From: an uncultured Candidatus Saccharibacteria bacterium
GTDB lineage: Bacteria > Patescibacteriota > WWE3 > CAZQFB01
Assembly: GCA_964592525.1 (NCBI GenBank)
Contig: CAZQFB010000001.1
Location: forward strand, 279,299 to 343,298
Reading direction: 5' to 3'
DNA: 64,000 nt
Shown: positions 28,914-38,976 of the stretch, one piece after another
Layout: each line of letters opens with the position of its first letter
How positions within the stretch are numbered: position 1 is the stretch's first letter
Translations under genes and position numbers: made by a program
Notes under the pieces: model-generated
What the model was told of the DNA's origin: nothing
The model's database searches: none
The model's input: only the letters and a program-made list of their open reading frames with translations

Positions 28914-30419
28914 ATGACAGCGGGCCTGCCCAAGCTAGCCTTTATTGTGCTAGCCGTGTTGGTGGTAGCTATTGTGCTACCGCTTGAATTGGGGGGGCAC
29001 GTTGTTTGGGCCTTCCCTCAAAGTGTGCGGGATCCGGAATGCTGGGAGGGGGTTTCCCCCACTAACCAGCAAATCGACCTACGCGTGTGTGTCTTTGACA
29101 CCTTTCAGGGGCCACCTAATGGTTCAGGTAATTGGTGGCGGGTGACAGAGCCAAGTGATCAGGTGACTGTCACGCTTGTCAGCTTTTTCCTCCAGGATTT
29201 GGTTTTGTACAATACCCTCACTTCGGAGGGTAGAGCAAGTATGGCTGGGCTGTCTGCCGGACCATACAAGCTGACCTTGGATTTCCCCAACACTTTGTTG
29301 GCTAAGTACACGTTTGATAGTGTGTACAAGCCACCAATCAGTGTTTACGGGGATGATCCAGTCGAAATCATCATTAACCACCCCGAAGAGGGAAGTGCCG
29401 TGACAGTGTGGTTGTATGCGGAAGGTAATCCCGCACCTACGGATACACCGGAAGGTGCGCCCACCGCCACAGACACACCCACGCGCACGCCCACGCCAAC
29501 GAGCACGCCAACGGCGTCTCGAACACCTACTCCCCAACCAACCTATGATGCCCCACTACAAGTGGGTCTGAATGGGCGGTTGTGGATAGAGAATCGGGAT
29601 GGAGTTCCTCCTTATGCTAGCGAGGAGCTTGACCACGAAGTGTGGCTCTATGTGGACGAGCCACCTCTGGGTGGCTCTAAGAAGTATACATGGACGGACT
29701 CAACCTTCCATGTGGGCGAGATTGTGGAAGGCGAGTGGTTCATGATCGGACTCCATGGGGTGTCGGCTTGGAATTGCGGCACCAATTGCTATGGTAAGCT
29801 CCGGTTTGAGGGGGGTCGGTGTGTGGTTGGCATTGCGGGTAATCCCAATGCCAATGACCACGATCTGTTCTACGGTGGGGGGGCGCGGTTGTGCTCCCAG
29901 GAGGCACCGGGGGTGTATGTTTTCCCCCTGACGCTCAAACCACTACCAACCCCCACGCCAACGAGGACGGCAACGGCGTCAGCCACGGCTACCAGTATCC
30001 CAACGGATACCCCGGTACCGACTGCTACGTCCCTACCGTCCGAGACTCCGGTACCGTCAAAGACGCCAACGCCATCAGCAACGTGGACGCCAGGGGGGCC
30101 AACGGCTACCCCAACCGCCACGCCTACGGTAACGTTGTTGCCTACGGATACTCCGGAGCCCACCGTCACCTTCCCGCCAGCAACTCCGGCGGGTATGGAG
30201 GTAACGGTTGGTGCTGGGTTATCTAGGAGAGTACCGCCGATGGTGGTGGCGGATGCTCTCGCCAACCCAGACGGTCAGCACGGCTGGGGTAGACTTTGCC
30301 AGCCGGGGGTTCCGCCCAGCCCTTTCAACACCGTGAGATCGGTGTTGTGTCTGCAAAACATGGGAAAACCCTACCATCCCATGTTCAACCCGCTCGTTTG
30401 GAAATGCGGGTGTCCCTAG
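28914..30419 (+). CDS. Secreted/anchored Pro-Thr-rich protein with Cys-containing C-terminal domain
   Basis: N-terminal hydrophobic helix, two PT linkers, C-terminus ...WKCGCP; AAGGAG SD; own promoter and terminator. Confidence 0.75.
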   Translation: MTAGLPKLAFIVLAVLVVAIVLPLELGGHVVWAFPQSVRDPECWEGVSPTNQQIDLRVCVFDTFQGPPNGSGNWWRVTEPSDQVTVTLVSFFLQDLVLYNTLTSEGRASMAGLSAGPYKLTLDFPNTLLAKYTFDSVYKPPISVYGDDPVEIIINHPEEGSAVTVWLYAEGNPAPTDTPEGAPTATDTPTRTPTPTSTPTASRTPTPQPTYDAPLQVGLNGRLWIENRDGVPPYASEELDHEVWLYVDEPPLGGSKKYTWTDSTFHVGEIVEGEWFMIGLHGVSAWNCGTNCYGKLRFEGGRCVVGIAGNPNANDHDLFYGGGARLCSQEAPGVYVFPLTLKPLPTPTPTRTATASATATSIPTDTPVPTATSLPSETPVPSKTPTPSATWTPGGPTATPTATPTVTLLPTDTPEPTVTFPPATPAGMEVTVGAGLSRRVPPMVVADALANPDGQHGWGRLCQPGVPPSPFNTVRSVLCLQNMGKPYHPMFNPLVWKCGCP

Positions 30420-30436
30420 GAAATAGGGAATCGCCA

Positions 30437-30480
30437 GAGCCCCCTTCCGAGAAGTTTTCGGGAGGGGGTTTTTCTGTTTT
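30437..30480 (+). terminator. Rho-independent terminator
   Basis: GCCCCCTTCCGAGA/TTTCGGGAGGGGGT stem followed by a T-tract. Confidence 0.75.
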
Positions 30481-30533
30481 ATTTGATAATTTGTATCAGT
30501 TGATATAAAAAGATTGTCAGTGGGAGGAAAATA

Positions 30534-33131
30534 ATGAACCCAGAAAACTTTACCGAAAAAACAACTCAAGCTATCAATAACGCTTCTGAAAGCGCTTTAG
30601 CAAACAAAAACTCTATCATCGAAGTAGAGCATCTGATGCTGTCTCTTCTAGAGCAAGCGGATACAGCTGTTGTTCCAATGCTGCAAGCACTTTCTGTGGA
30701 TATTGATGGTTTTAAGGCAGACTTGCTAAGTGCTGTAGAAAGGTTCGCTAAGGTTGAAGATCTTAAACTTGAGCAGTTGCGGGTTTCTGCGGAATTAAGA
30801 AATGTTTTAACTAACGCCCAGAAGCAAGCAGCTAAGTTGGGTGATGACTATATCAGCACGGAGCATCTCCTGTTGGCGCTGGTAGCAGAAGGTGGTTCGG
30901 TGGCTACTCTTTTAAGTAAATATGGTGTAACTAGAGATAATTTAAGTGATAACATAGCTTCCGTGAGAGGTAACATGCACGTGCAAGATCGCAATCCCGA
31001 AAGTAAATATAACGTTTTAGAAAAATATGGCCAAAACCTCACTGTCTTGGCTCGTGAGGGCAAATTAGACCCGGTTATTGGTCGGGATGAGGAAGTACGT
31101 CGGGTAATGCAGGTTTTATCCCGCCGGACCAAGAATAACCCGGTCCTGATCGGTGAGCCGGGAGTAGGTAAAACCGCTATCGTGGAAGGTTTAGCACAAA
31201 GGATTATAGCTGGGGATGTTCCGGGTAGCCTAAAAAATAAAGATATTGTTTCTTTGCAGATTGGTTCACTTCTGGCGGGAGCCAAATTTAGAGGTGAATT
31301 TGAAGACCGTTTAAAGTCGGTTTTGAAAGAGGTAGAAGAAAGTGACGGTAAAATACTTCTCTTTGTTGATGAAATGCATACCATTGTGGGTGCGGGCGCT
31401 GCCGAAGGTGCGGTGGATGCAGCTAACATGTTAAAACCATTACTCGCTCGCGGTAAATTGCACATGATCGGAGCCACCACTCTAGATGAGTATCGGAAAC
31501 ATGTAGAGAAAGATGCCGCTCTGGAGAGACGCTTTCAGCCTGTTTTTGTAGGCGAACCCAGTATTGAGGACTCTATAGCAATATTACGTGGTTTAAAAGA
31601 GCGCTACGAGCTTCATCATGGCGTAAAAATAACCGATCCCGCTCTTGTTGCCGCAGTAGAATTATCTTCTCGTTATATTGCTGATCGGTTCCTGCCCGAT
31701 AAAGCGATTGATCTGATTGATGAAGCGACCTCATCTTTGAAGATGGAGATTGATAGTATGCCGGTAGAGCTTGATCGGATCAAACGTAAAATGCGTCGTT
31801 TAGAGGTGGACAAGCAGGCTTTGAAAAAGGAGAAAGACAAAGCTTCTAAGGAACGCTTACAGGAAATTGAGCAAGAGTTGGCTGATTTAGGAGAAAAATC
31901 TTCGGCTATGGAAAAGCAGTGGGAGAATGAAAAAGGTTTAATTCAGAAGAGTCAGGATCTTTCCGAGAAAGTAGACGAGCTAAAATTTGCTGAGGAACAA
32001 GCGGAGAGGGAAGGGGATTTTGAGAAAGCGGCTCAAATAAAACATGGCGATATTCCAAAACTGGAGCAAGAGATTGCTAAGGTTAAAGAAGCCTTAAATA
32101 AACTTGAGGTTAGTACTCGTTTATTAAGGGAGGAAGTGACCGAAGAAGATGTGGCTATGGTAGTAGCTCGTTGGACGGGAATTCCGGTGACCCGCTTGTT
32201 AGCCACAGAACAAGACAAATTGGTACATCTAGAGGCTGAATTAGGTCAAAGGGTTGTCGGTCAGGAAGAGGCAGTAGCGGCAGTTTCCCGCGCGGTCAGA
32301 CGCTCACGTGCCGGCATCGCTGCTAGTAATAAACCCTTAGGCAGCTTTATTTTCCTGGGACCTACGGGAGTTGGTAAAACAGAGCTTGCCAGAGCCTTAG
32401 CGGAGTTTTTGTTTAACGATGAAGAGGCTATGGTTCGGATTGATATGAGCGAATACGCGGAGAAGCATACGGTCGCTCGTTTGATTGGCGCTCCTCCGGG
32501 TTATATTGGTTATGATGAGGGCGGGCAGTTGACGGAAGCGGTCAGGAGAAGACCTTACACCGTGGTCTTATTTGATGAAATTGAAAAAGCAAACCCCGAT
32601 ATTTTTAATGTCTTACTGCAAGTTTTAGAGGATGGTCGTTTAACTGATGGTAAGGGGCGTACAGTGGATTTCCGCAACACCATTATTATTATGACCTCTA
32701 ATCTAGCTAGTGAATTAATTCAACAGTGGTCTTCTTCTGCGCAAGAAGCAACCGAGAAAAAACGTCATGACGAGGTAATGTCTGAAGTGAAAGCGCACTT
32801 TCGTCCAGAGTTTCTTAATCGGGTGGATCGGGTAATTATTTTTAAGCGTTTAAGTCGGGAGCAAATGCGCCAAATCGTGGATATCCAATTAGTAAATTTG
32901 ACAAAATTGCTTGCCACAAGACATTTAACACTAGAAGTTAGTGACCAAGCCAAAGAGCAATTAGCGCAGGATGGTTATGATGCGGTGTTTGGGGCACGTC
33001 CTTTAAGACGATTAATTGAAGAAAAAATTATAGATGAGCTCTCGCTTAAAGTAATTGAGGGCGAAATCAAGGAGCAAGATACGGTCAAAGTGACTATTGA
33101 TCAACACGGTAATTATCTTGTCAAGCGTTAA
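30534..33131 (+). CDS. clpB: ATP-dependent chaperone ClpB
   Basis: Clp N-domain, two Walker A motifs ([16 protein letters not shown]), long coiled-coil M domain, GAPPGYIGY. Confidence 0.96.
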   Translation: MNPENFTEKTTQAINNASESALANKNSIIEVEHLMLSLLEQADTAVVPMLQALSVDIDGFKADLLSAVERFAKVEDLKLEQLRVSAELRNVLTNAQKQAAKLGDDYISTEHLLLALVAEGGSVATLLSKYGVTRDNLSDNIASVRGNMHVQDRNPESKYNVLEKYGQNLTVLAREGKLDPVIGRDEEVRRVMQVLSRRTKNNPVLIGEPGVGKTAIVEGLAQRIIAGDVPGSLKNKDIVSLQIGSLLAGAKFRGEFEDRLKSVLKEVEESDGKILLFVDEMHTIVGAGAAEGAVDAANMLKPLLARGKLHMIGATTLDEYRKHVEKDAALERRFQPVFVGEPSIEDSIAILRGLKERYELHHGVKITDPALVAAVELSSRYIADRFLPDKAIDLIDEATSSLKMEIDSMPVELDRIKRKMRRLEVDKQALKKEKDKASKERLQEIEQELADLGEKSSAMEKQWENEKGLIQKSQDLSEKVDELKFAEEQAEREGDFEKAAQIKHGDIPKLEQEIAKVKEALNKLEVSTRLLREEVTEEDVAMVVARWTGIPVTRLLATEQDKLVHLEAELGQRVVGQEEAVAAVSRAVRRSRAGIAASNKPLGSFIFLGPTGVGKTELARALAEFLFNDEEAMVRIDMSEYAEKHTVARLIGAPPGYIGYDEGGQLTEAVRRRPYTVVLFDEIEKANPDIFNVLLQVLEDGRLTDGKGRTVDFRNTIIIMTSNLASELIQQWSSSAQEATEKKRHDEVMSEVKAHFRPEFLNRVDRVIIFKRLSREQMRQIVDIQLVNLTKLLATRHLTLEVSDQAKEQLAQDGYDAVFGARPLRRLIEEKIIDELSLKVIEGEIKEQDTVKVTIDQHGNYLVKR

Positions 33132-33201
33132 ATAAATTGGTTTCCTGGCATGATCTTTTAGACAGCAAATGACGTTGTTTCGTTTCGGTGGTGGTTTGTT
33201 G

Positions 33202-33386
33202 AGCAGCGGATGGATATGAACGGCAACCTTCTGCTTTCCTACCTGCACTGCTAAGCTTTCTGAGCGGAATACGGGAGTTGAACCCGTCTCTCTACCTTGG
33301 GAAGGTAGTGTTGAACCGCTCAACTAATTCCGCATAGCTTCGGCAGGCGTGGGAAGCCGACGTTCTACCGACTGAACTACCGCTGC
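33202..33386 (-). pseudogene. Decayed outer tRNA-Gly(CCC) interrupted at 37/38 by an insert containing the intact tRNA-Gly
   Basis: 5' half GCAGCGGTAGTTCAGTCGGTAGAACGTCGGCTTCCCA; 3' half A GCAGA AGGTT..TTCATAT..CCGCTGC T; perfect 7-bp acceptor GCAGCGG/CCGCTGC spans the insert; T-stem no longer pairs. Confidence 0.8.
33263..33333 (-). tRNA. tRNA-Gly(CCC)
   Basis: GCGGAAT/ATTCCGC acceptor, CTACC-TTCCCAA-GGTAG anticodon arm, ACGGG-TTCAACT-CCCGT T arm. Confidence 0.92.
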
Positions 33387-33499
33387 TAAGTTGCGCAACA
33401 GTCAGTAACCCCTTTGTTTAGAGTAGGCGCATTGATGAGTATAAGCGCTTTATTGGTTATATATTCTAGCTCTAAATAACCTTCTTAACAAAGATTAAC

Positions 33500-33940
33500 T
33501 TATTGCCGCTGGTACAGACCGACCAAGACGGTTTCTGCCAGCACCCTATTTTTTATTTCTTTCTCTAACTCGTTTAAACTAGCTCCTGTATTCAGAGTAA
33601 GCATAGCATCTAAGGCGAATAATTTAAAAATATAACGGTGCTTTCCGGAAGGTGGGCAGGGTCCACCATAACCAGTCGTGCCAAAGTCTGTTTCACCAGC
33701 AACGGCACCTTCTGGAGTAGTATCTGGTGGTATTTGGGTGGTTGCGGGGTTGATGTTCCACAGCGTCCAGTGTAACCAAGTTTTAGCTGGAGCATCCGGG
33801 TCCTCCACGATTAACACCAGACTTTTAGCTTCCTTAGGGATATTTGAGAAAGTGAGCGGTGGGTTGATATTTTCACCATCACAAGTGTATTTGGCTGGGA
33901 TAGTGGTGTTGTTCTCAAAGGCAGCACTGCTGATGGTCAT
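33500..33940 (-). CDS. YbhB/YbcL (PEBP) family protein
   Basis: EDPDAP, WLHW and GYGGPCPPSGKHRY motifs. Confidence 0.93.
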   Translation of the reverse strand: MTISSAAFENNTTIPAKYTCDGENINPPLTFSNIPKEAKSLVLIVEDPDAPAKTWLHWTLWNINPATTQIPPDTTPEGAVAGETDFGTTGYGGPCPPSGKHRYIFKLFALDAMLTLNTGASLNELEKEIKNRVLAETVLVGLYQRQ

Positions 33941-34075
33941 GTTATGTTGGGTTTCCTGGTGTTATTAACATTAGCCGTAAAGCCAATATTAATAATACTA
34001 AATATTTTACCTTAATCCGTAGCTCAAGAAGTATTTTAGTAGAGAGGATGATCTTTTTTATACTTGTTAAACCAA

Positions 34076-34101
34076 AAAGGTCACGCTTAAGCGTGACCTT
34101 T
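34076..34101 (-). terminator. Terminator of the LysM gene
   Basis: Perfect palindrome AAAGGTCACGC-TTAA-GCGTGACCTTT with minus-strand U-tract. Confidence 0.75.
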
Positions 34102-34124
34102 GGCAATTTGTCGTCTTAATTAAG

Positions 34125-34676
34125 TTAGTTAGGCAAAACCAGCATCTGTCCAGGTTGAATTAACGCTTGCGTTCCGTCAGGTAAGAACTCCACGAGATCC
34201 TGATTCGCCTCTAATATTTTAGTCCATTCAAAACCACTGCCGTAGCGACCTTCGGCTAGTTCCCATAAGGTATCTCCCTCTTTAACCATAATTTTTTCTC
34301 CCTTGAGTGAGTTTGGTTCAATATCTGTTGGTATCCAACTGGCAACCTCAATACCAGCTTCTGGTCCCCCAAAGCCATATTCAGCATCTTTAATAGTGGA
34401 CGATCCGGCAATGCCGCCTTCAAGCTGAACTTCTTCTCCTTCAACGGTATTCACTTCCTTGTTGATAATATTTTCTTCCGCAACGTTTTTTAAATCTTCT
34501 TCTAATTGTTCAATCGGAAAATCTTGGTCAGCTGTTTGCGCGGCACGATCAGCAAAAAAATTGTAAGTAACAAAACCAGCCACAATTACTAAAATGCCGG
34601 TAATTAATATTGTGAGGCTATTACGGCTGACTTGTAAATCTTCAAACTCTTCAAATTTTTCTTCTGTTTTGGCCAT
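34125..34676 (-). CDS. Membrane-anchored LysM domain protein
   Basis: TM, acidic linker, VKEGDTLWELA...IQPGQMLVLP; SD GGAGG before ATG 34676. Confidence 0.87.
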   Translation of the reverse strand: MAKTEEKFEEFEDLQVSRNSLTILITGILVIVAGFVTYNFFADRAAQTADQDFPIEQLEEDLKNVAEENIINKEVNTVEGEEVQLEGGIAGSSTIKDAEYGFGGPEAGIEVASWIPTDIEPNSLKGEKIMVKEGDTLWELAEGRYGSGFEWTKILEANQDLVEFLPDGTQALIQPGQMLVLPN

Positions 34677-35285
34677 TACTTCCTCCTTGTTATGGCTAAT
34701 ATTAATAATAACTAGCACTAGGATAGGGCAGTAATCCAGAGCTTAATTATGTTGATATTGATACTATACCATTTGCTACAGGTATGCAATAGTTTGTATT
34801 GGTACAATGATACGTTAAATTATATTTGGGTATAGGTTGTATTATAGCCTTAACTGGCGTTTTTCTGATCTATTTTTGGCTTCGCTTAATAAGGTTCGTA
34901 ATTAAGTTCAAGCTACTTGTATGGTTACTTTCACCACAACGGCTGCTACTTATTAATAGTATCTTTTACTGCCACAAAAAATCTTGCGCGACACCATTAT
35001 TGTTGATAGTAGTGTGATACAAAACATGATTCCTTTCTTTGCTGTCTTTTGGCTTTACCTTTGTAGCAAAAGTCGGTCACTTACTTTGTTTTGTAAAATA
35101 ATCATGTCATCAGTATTTAATAATAATAGTCGGGATTTTCGTATGTCGGGTTTGTGGCATCTTATTTATTGAGGAAAGCTGATATCTATTATCAACTCTC
35201 GTCGGTATTGTCGTAGAGAGTAGCTGGCATGTTAATGCTTTGCGCTAGCAAGTAACAACAGTCATAAAAGGAGATAAATCTAATT

Positions 35286-35363
35286 TGGCGGGGTAGACGG
35301 GGCTCGAACCCGCGACCTCTCGCGTGACAGGCGAGTGCTCTAACCGAACTGAGCTACTACCCC
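35286..35363 (-). tRNA. tRNA-Asp(GTC)
   Basis: GGGGTAG/CTACCCC acceptor, CTCGC-CTGTCAC-GCGAG anticodon arm, encoded CCA. Confidence 0.96.
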
Positions 35364-35803
35364 ATAAGTTGCGGTCTTATTCTACACAGTTACAGTTTAA
35401 ATATCCAGTTGGTAATGCACATGTTCCTTTGATTAGTTTCTAGTTATAATAAAGACTACAAGATAACCATTAACAATCGTCGTTTATGCATCTTACGTAT
35501 CATTATAGTTTTGTTTAACCTTTAAATAAACGAGCTGTGTATTAATTGAGTAATATTTGCTGCTTTATCGTGGGCTAGAGTAAATAATTAGTCCAAATAT
35601 TAAACTGCCACTAATATAAACTAAGTAGAAACTCATAATTATTGTGTGGTACTTTTTTTATGGGGAAGTGTTGTTAGTAGATATTAGGATTACTAAGGCG
35701 GTACTATTTTGGAGTATGTGGTAGAGAGAATAATTGTTAAGAAGCTAATTTGAGAAAAAGCTGGCAGGTGTTAAACTTAAGTCAAGAACAGGAGGTGATT
35801 TTA

Positions 35804-36376
35804 ATGCCAATAATTGCTGTTTTAGGGTCGGGTTTATTATTAATTGTCGCATTCTTGATTGTTACCTATAATATGCTGATAAAGGCTAGAGTTAGAGTGG
35901 AGCAGTCTTGGAAGGATATTGATATTCAGCTTAAGAAAAGATACGATTTGTTGCCTGATTTGGTAGAGACAGCCAAGAAAGCAGCTGCTCTGGATGAAAA
36001 AATATTACTAGAGGTAACTAAATTAAGAAGTGCCGGAATGCAGGAGGCTGCTGAAGGTAAGTCCCCTGCGGAGCGATCAGGAATTGAGTCACAACTATCT
36101 GGTCTGTTAAAGGATATTAAAGTGCAAGTGGAAGCCTATCCTGATATTAAAGCTCATGGGGAGCTAAGTAAGCTGATGGATAATGTTACCGATATTGAGG
36201 AAAAAATTGCTTATGCTAGACAGTTTTACAACTCTAATGTTGGAGACTTTAATACTAAAATTAAGGTGTTTCCTGCTATGTTAATTGCGGGAATGCTTGG
36301 TTTTAGAGAGGCTGAATATTTTGAGGCGACGGAAATCGAACGCGAAGATATTAAAGTAGACTTATCCGAAAGCTAA
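35804..36376 (+). CDS. lemA: LemA family protein
   Basis: DIQLKKRYDLLPDLVET, EAYPDIKA and ARQFYN motifs; GGAGGTG SD before ATG 35804. Confidence 0.93.
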   Translation: MPIIAVLGSGLLLIVAFLIVTYNMLIKARVRVEQSWKDIDIQLKKRYDLLPDLVETAKKAAALDEKILLEVTKLRSAGMQEAAEGKSPAERSGIESQLSGLLKDIKVQVEAYPDIKAHGELSKLMDNVTDIEEKIAYARQFYNSNVGDFNTKIKVFPAMLIAGMLGFREAEYFEATEIEREDIKVDLSES

Positions 36377-36377
36377 A

Positions 36378-37253
36378 ATGACGATTTACAATCAGATTGA
36401 TAGTAATAAAAGGAAAACTTGGTTGTTACTATTTCTTGGTATTTTAGTGGTAACAGTTTTAGGTTATGTGTTTGGATATCTCTCGGGATATGGTTATCCG
36501 ATAACCTTAGCCGCTTTTTGTTACGCTGTTATTTCCGCTATTTCCTCTTACTATTTTTCCGATCGCGTAGCTCTGTCTTTATCTAAAGCTAAACCAGTTA
36601 CAGAAGCTGAAGAACCCTTACTTTACCACTTAGTGGAAAATTTATGTATCGGTGCGGGTATTCCGCTGCCAAAAATACACGTGATTGAAGACCAGGCTTT
36701 AAATGCTTTTGCGACTGGTCGGGACCCCGAACATGCTTCTATTGCTGTAACTAGAGGGTTATTAAATCATCTGGACAAACTTGAATTGGAGGGAGTTCTA
36801 GCGCATGAATTGTCCCACATAAAAAATTATGATATCCGCGTTATGACGGTGACCGTGATCTTAGTTGGCACGTTAGCCATTCTGGCGGATGTTTTTTTAC
36901 GCTCGCTGTTTTGGGGTAGTGGGAATAGAAGAAATCGTAATGGTGGCTTGTTTTTATTACTAGGACTACTCCTGGCTGTTATTGCGCCAATTACCGCCCA
37001 ATTAATTAAGTTGGCAGTGTCTCGCAAAAGGGAGTATCTGGCGGATGCTTCGGGTGCTTTAATCACTAGGTATCCGGCGGGATTAGCTGATGCTCTAGCC
37101 AAAATTGCCAACAGCCATACTGAATTAGCCACAGCTAATGCCGCTACTGCACATTTGTTTATAAATAACCCTTTGAAAAAGGATGCCTTCCACAGCTTAT
37201 TTGCCACACATCCACCCATTGCAGATCGTATCAGACTACTTAGAGAAATGTAA
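36378..37253 (+). CDS. htpX: M48 zinc metalloprotease HtpX
   Basis: NAFATG, AHELSH (HExxH), REYLAD and THPP motifs; follows lemA. Confidence 0.93.
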   Translation: MTIYNQIDSNKRKTWLLLFLGILVVTVLGYVFGYLSGYGYPITLAAFCYAVISAISSYYFSDRVALSLSKAKPVTEAEEPLLYHLVENLCIGAGIPLPKIHVIEDQALNAFATGRDPEHASIAVTRGLLNHLDKLELEGVLAHELSHIKNYDIRVMTVTVILVGTLAILADVFLRSLFWGSGNRRNRNGGLFLLLGLLLAVIAPITAQLIKLAVSRKREYLADASGALITRYPAGLADALAKIANSHTELATANAATAHLFINNPLKKDAFHSLFATHPPIADRIRLLREM

Positions 37254-37516
37254 TGAAACATGATGATTTTCAGCATTTATTGACGCTGTCTAGATTAGTT
37301 GGCAGTTCAAAATTATTGGCTGATCAGCTGGAAGATATTATTTGTTACTTGAACAAACTTAAAAACTTAGGAGAAATCCAATCAGCTTGGTCTCTACTGC
37401 AACCAGTGACCACCCTTCGTATTGATAAAGCTCGCCCAGAAACAATCTCCAGAGAGCAAATGACTCCTAATCTTAAGATGACACGGGGTTATTTCACCTC
37501 TCCTAAAGTACTTTAA
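37253..37516 (+). CDS. gatC: Asp/Glu-tRNA amidotransferase subunit C
   Basis: Small ORF with LSRL, LRID and GYFTSPKVL; directly before gatA. Confidence 0.75.
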   Translation: MKHDDFQHLLTLSRLVGSSKLLADQLEDIICYLNKLKNLGEIQSAWSLLQPVTTLRIDKARPETISREQMTPNLKMTRGYFTSPKVL

Positions 37517-37536
37517 TTGATAAATAACGCTTTAAC

Positions 37537-38976
37537 GTGTACGCTTTGGAAATGGAACTGTGTGATCAATCTTTAGCATTTTTATTGGCTCATCGGCAAG
37601 AAATATCTTCAACCGAGCTCTGCTCTTCCTGCTGGAAGAGGATAAAAAAATATAATCCTGCCCTTAATGCTTTTTTAACTACGGTCGAACCCTCAAAGCA
37701 GCAAACATTAATACCTCTGGCACACAAAGATGTTTTTGTCACTAAAGGATTAAGAACCACCGCTGGTTCTCTGCTGCTTAAGGACTGGAAACCTCCTTAT
37801 GATGCTACAGTAGTACGTCGTTTCCAAGAGGCTGGTTATGTTTGTTTAGGTAAAACCAATTGTGATGAATTTGCCCAGGGCTCTACTGGTCACCTTTCGG
37901 CTTATGGTTTATGTACTAATCCTTGGCACACTGATTATTTAAGTGGTGGTTCAAGTAGTGGGTCGGCAGTGGCGGTATCTGCGCGAATGGTGCCTTTAGC
38001 GACCGGTTCGGATACCGGTGGTTCAATTAGGGTACCAGCTTCGCTGTGTAATGTTGTTGGTATCAAACCCACCTATGGTAGAGTATCTCGTTATGGGGTT
38101 ATTGCCATGGCTTCTTCTTTGGATTGCCCTGGTGTTTTTGCCCGTTCAGTTAAAGATTGCAGTATCGCTTTAGAGGTTATTGCTGGTAATGACCCTCAAG
38201 ATGCAACCTCCTCAACCCAACCTGTGCCAAATTACACGATTGATTTAAATGTTGACCTTCACACTAAAACCATTGGTTTTCCGCAAGAGTACTTCACTTC
38301 AGAAACAGACACACAGGTTAAAAGCCTGGTGCTTCAGGCTTTAAGTTGGTATGAAAAACAAGGAGTGTCAATAGTAGAAATTTCTTTGCCACATAGCTCG
38401 TATGCCGTAGCTGCTTATTATGTCCTTGTACCGGCTGAAGTTAGTTCTAATATGTCTCGCTTTGATGGGATTCAATATGGCGGTTTGGCACATGATGCTA
38501 GCCAAGACTTAAACGCTTATTATTCTATGGTGCGCAGCCAGTTGCTGGGTGAGGAAGTTAAAAGGCGTATCCTGACGGGCACTTTTTGTCTTTCGGAAGG
38601 TTATCAGGATCAATATTATAAGCAAGCACAAAAGGTCAGGGGTTTAATAGCCCAAGAGTTTCAAGAAGCATTTACCCAAGTGGATGCTATTTTAGCGCCA
38701 GTTCTGCCCATGGTGGGTTTAAGCAAAAAGTCTTTAGCGGCTGATCCCTTGACTTTCTATCTAGCCGATACTCTAACCATTCCCAGTAGTTTGGCTGGTT
38801 TACCAGCACTAGCGTTGCCTTGTGGGTTTTCTAATGATAACCTCCCTATTGGCATGCAACTAATCGGTGCGCCTTTTTCGGAACAGTTGCTGTTTCAAAT
38901 GGGTTATGCTTACCAGGAGGATACGGATTGGCACCAGCGCAAGCCACCACTAATAGATCATGACGGAAATAACTAA
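37537..38976 (+). CDS. gatA: Asp/Glu-tRNA amidotransferase subunit A
   Basis: GKTNCDEF, GGSSSGS, SDTGGSIR and EVKRRI motifs. Confidence 0.95.
   Translation: MYALEMELCDQSLAFLLAHRQEISSTELCSSCWKRIKKYNPALNAFLTTVEPSKQQTLIPLAHKDVFVTKGLRTTAGSLLLKDWKPPYDATVVRRFQEAGYVCLGKTNCDEFAQGSTGHLSAYGLCTNPWHTDYLSGGSSSGSAVAVSARMVPLATGSDTGGSIRVPASLCNVVGIKPTYGRVSRYGVIAMASSLDCPGVFARSVKDCSIALEVIAGNDPQDATSSTQPVPNYTIDLNVDLHTKTIGFPQEYFTSETDTQVKSLVLQALSWYEKQGVSIVEISLPHSSYAVAAYYVLVPAEVSSNMSRFDGIQYGGLAHDASQDLNAYYSMVRSQLLGEEVKRRILTGTFCLSEGYQDQYYKQAQKVRGLIAQEFQEAFTQVDAILAPVLPMVGLSKKSLAADPLTFYLADTLTIPSSLAGLPALALPCGFSNDNLPIGMQLIGAPFSEQLLFQMGYAYQEDTDWHQRKPPLIDHDGNN

Noticed and set aside
29434-30190. ACGCC/ACNCCN short repeats as a DNA repeat element
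   Set aside because: They simply encode Pro-Thr linkers with varied codons
30480-30533. CIRCE or CtsR heat-shock operator before clpB
   Set aside because: No TTAGCACTC-N9-GAGTGCTAA or GTCAAA direct repeats seen
34826-35172. Two ~62-aa ORFs upstream of tRNA-Asp
   Set aside because: TTG starts, no SD, no recognisable motifs
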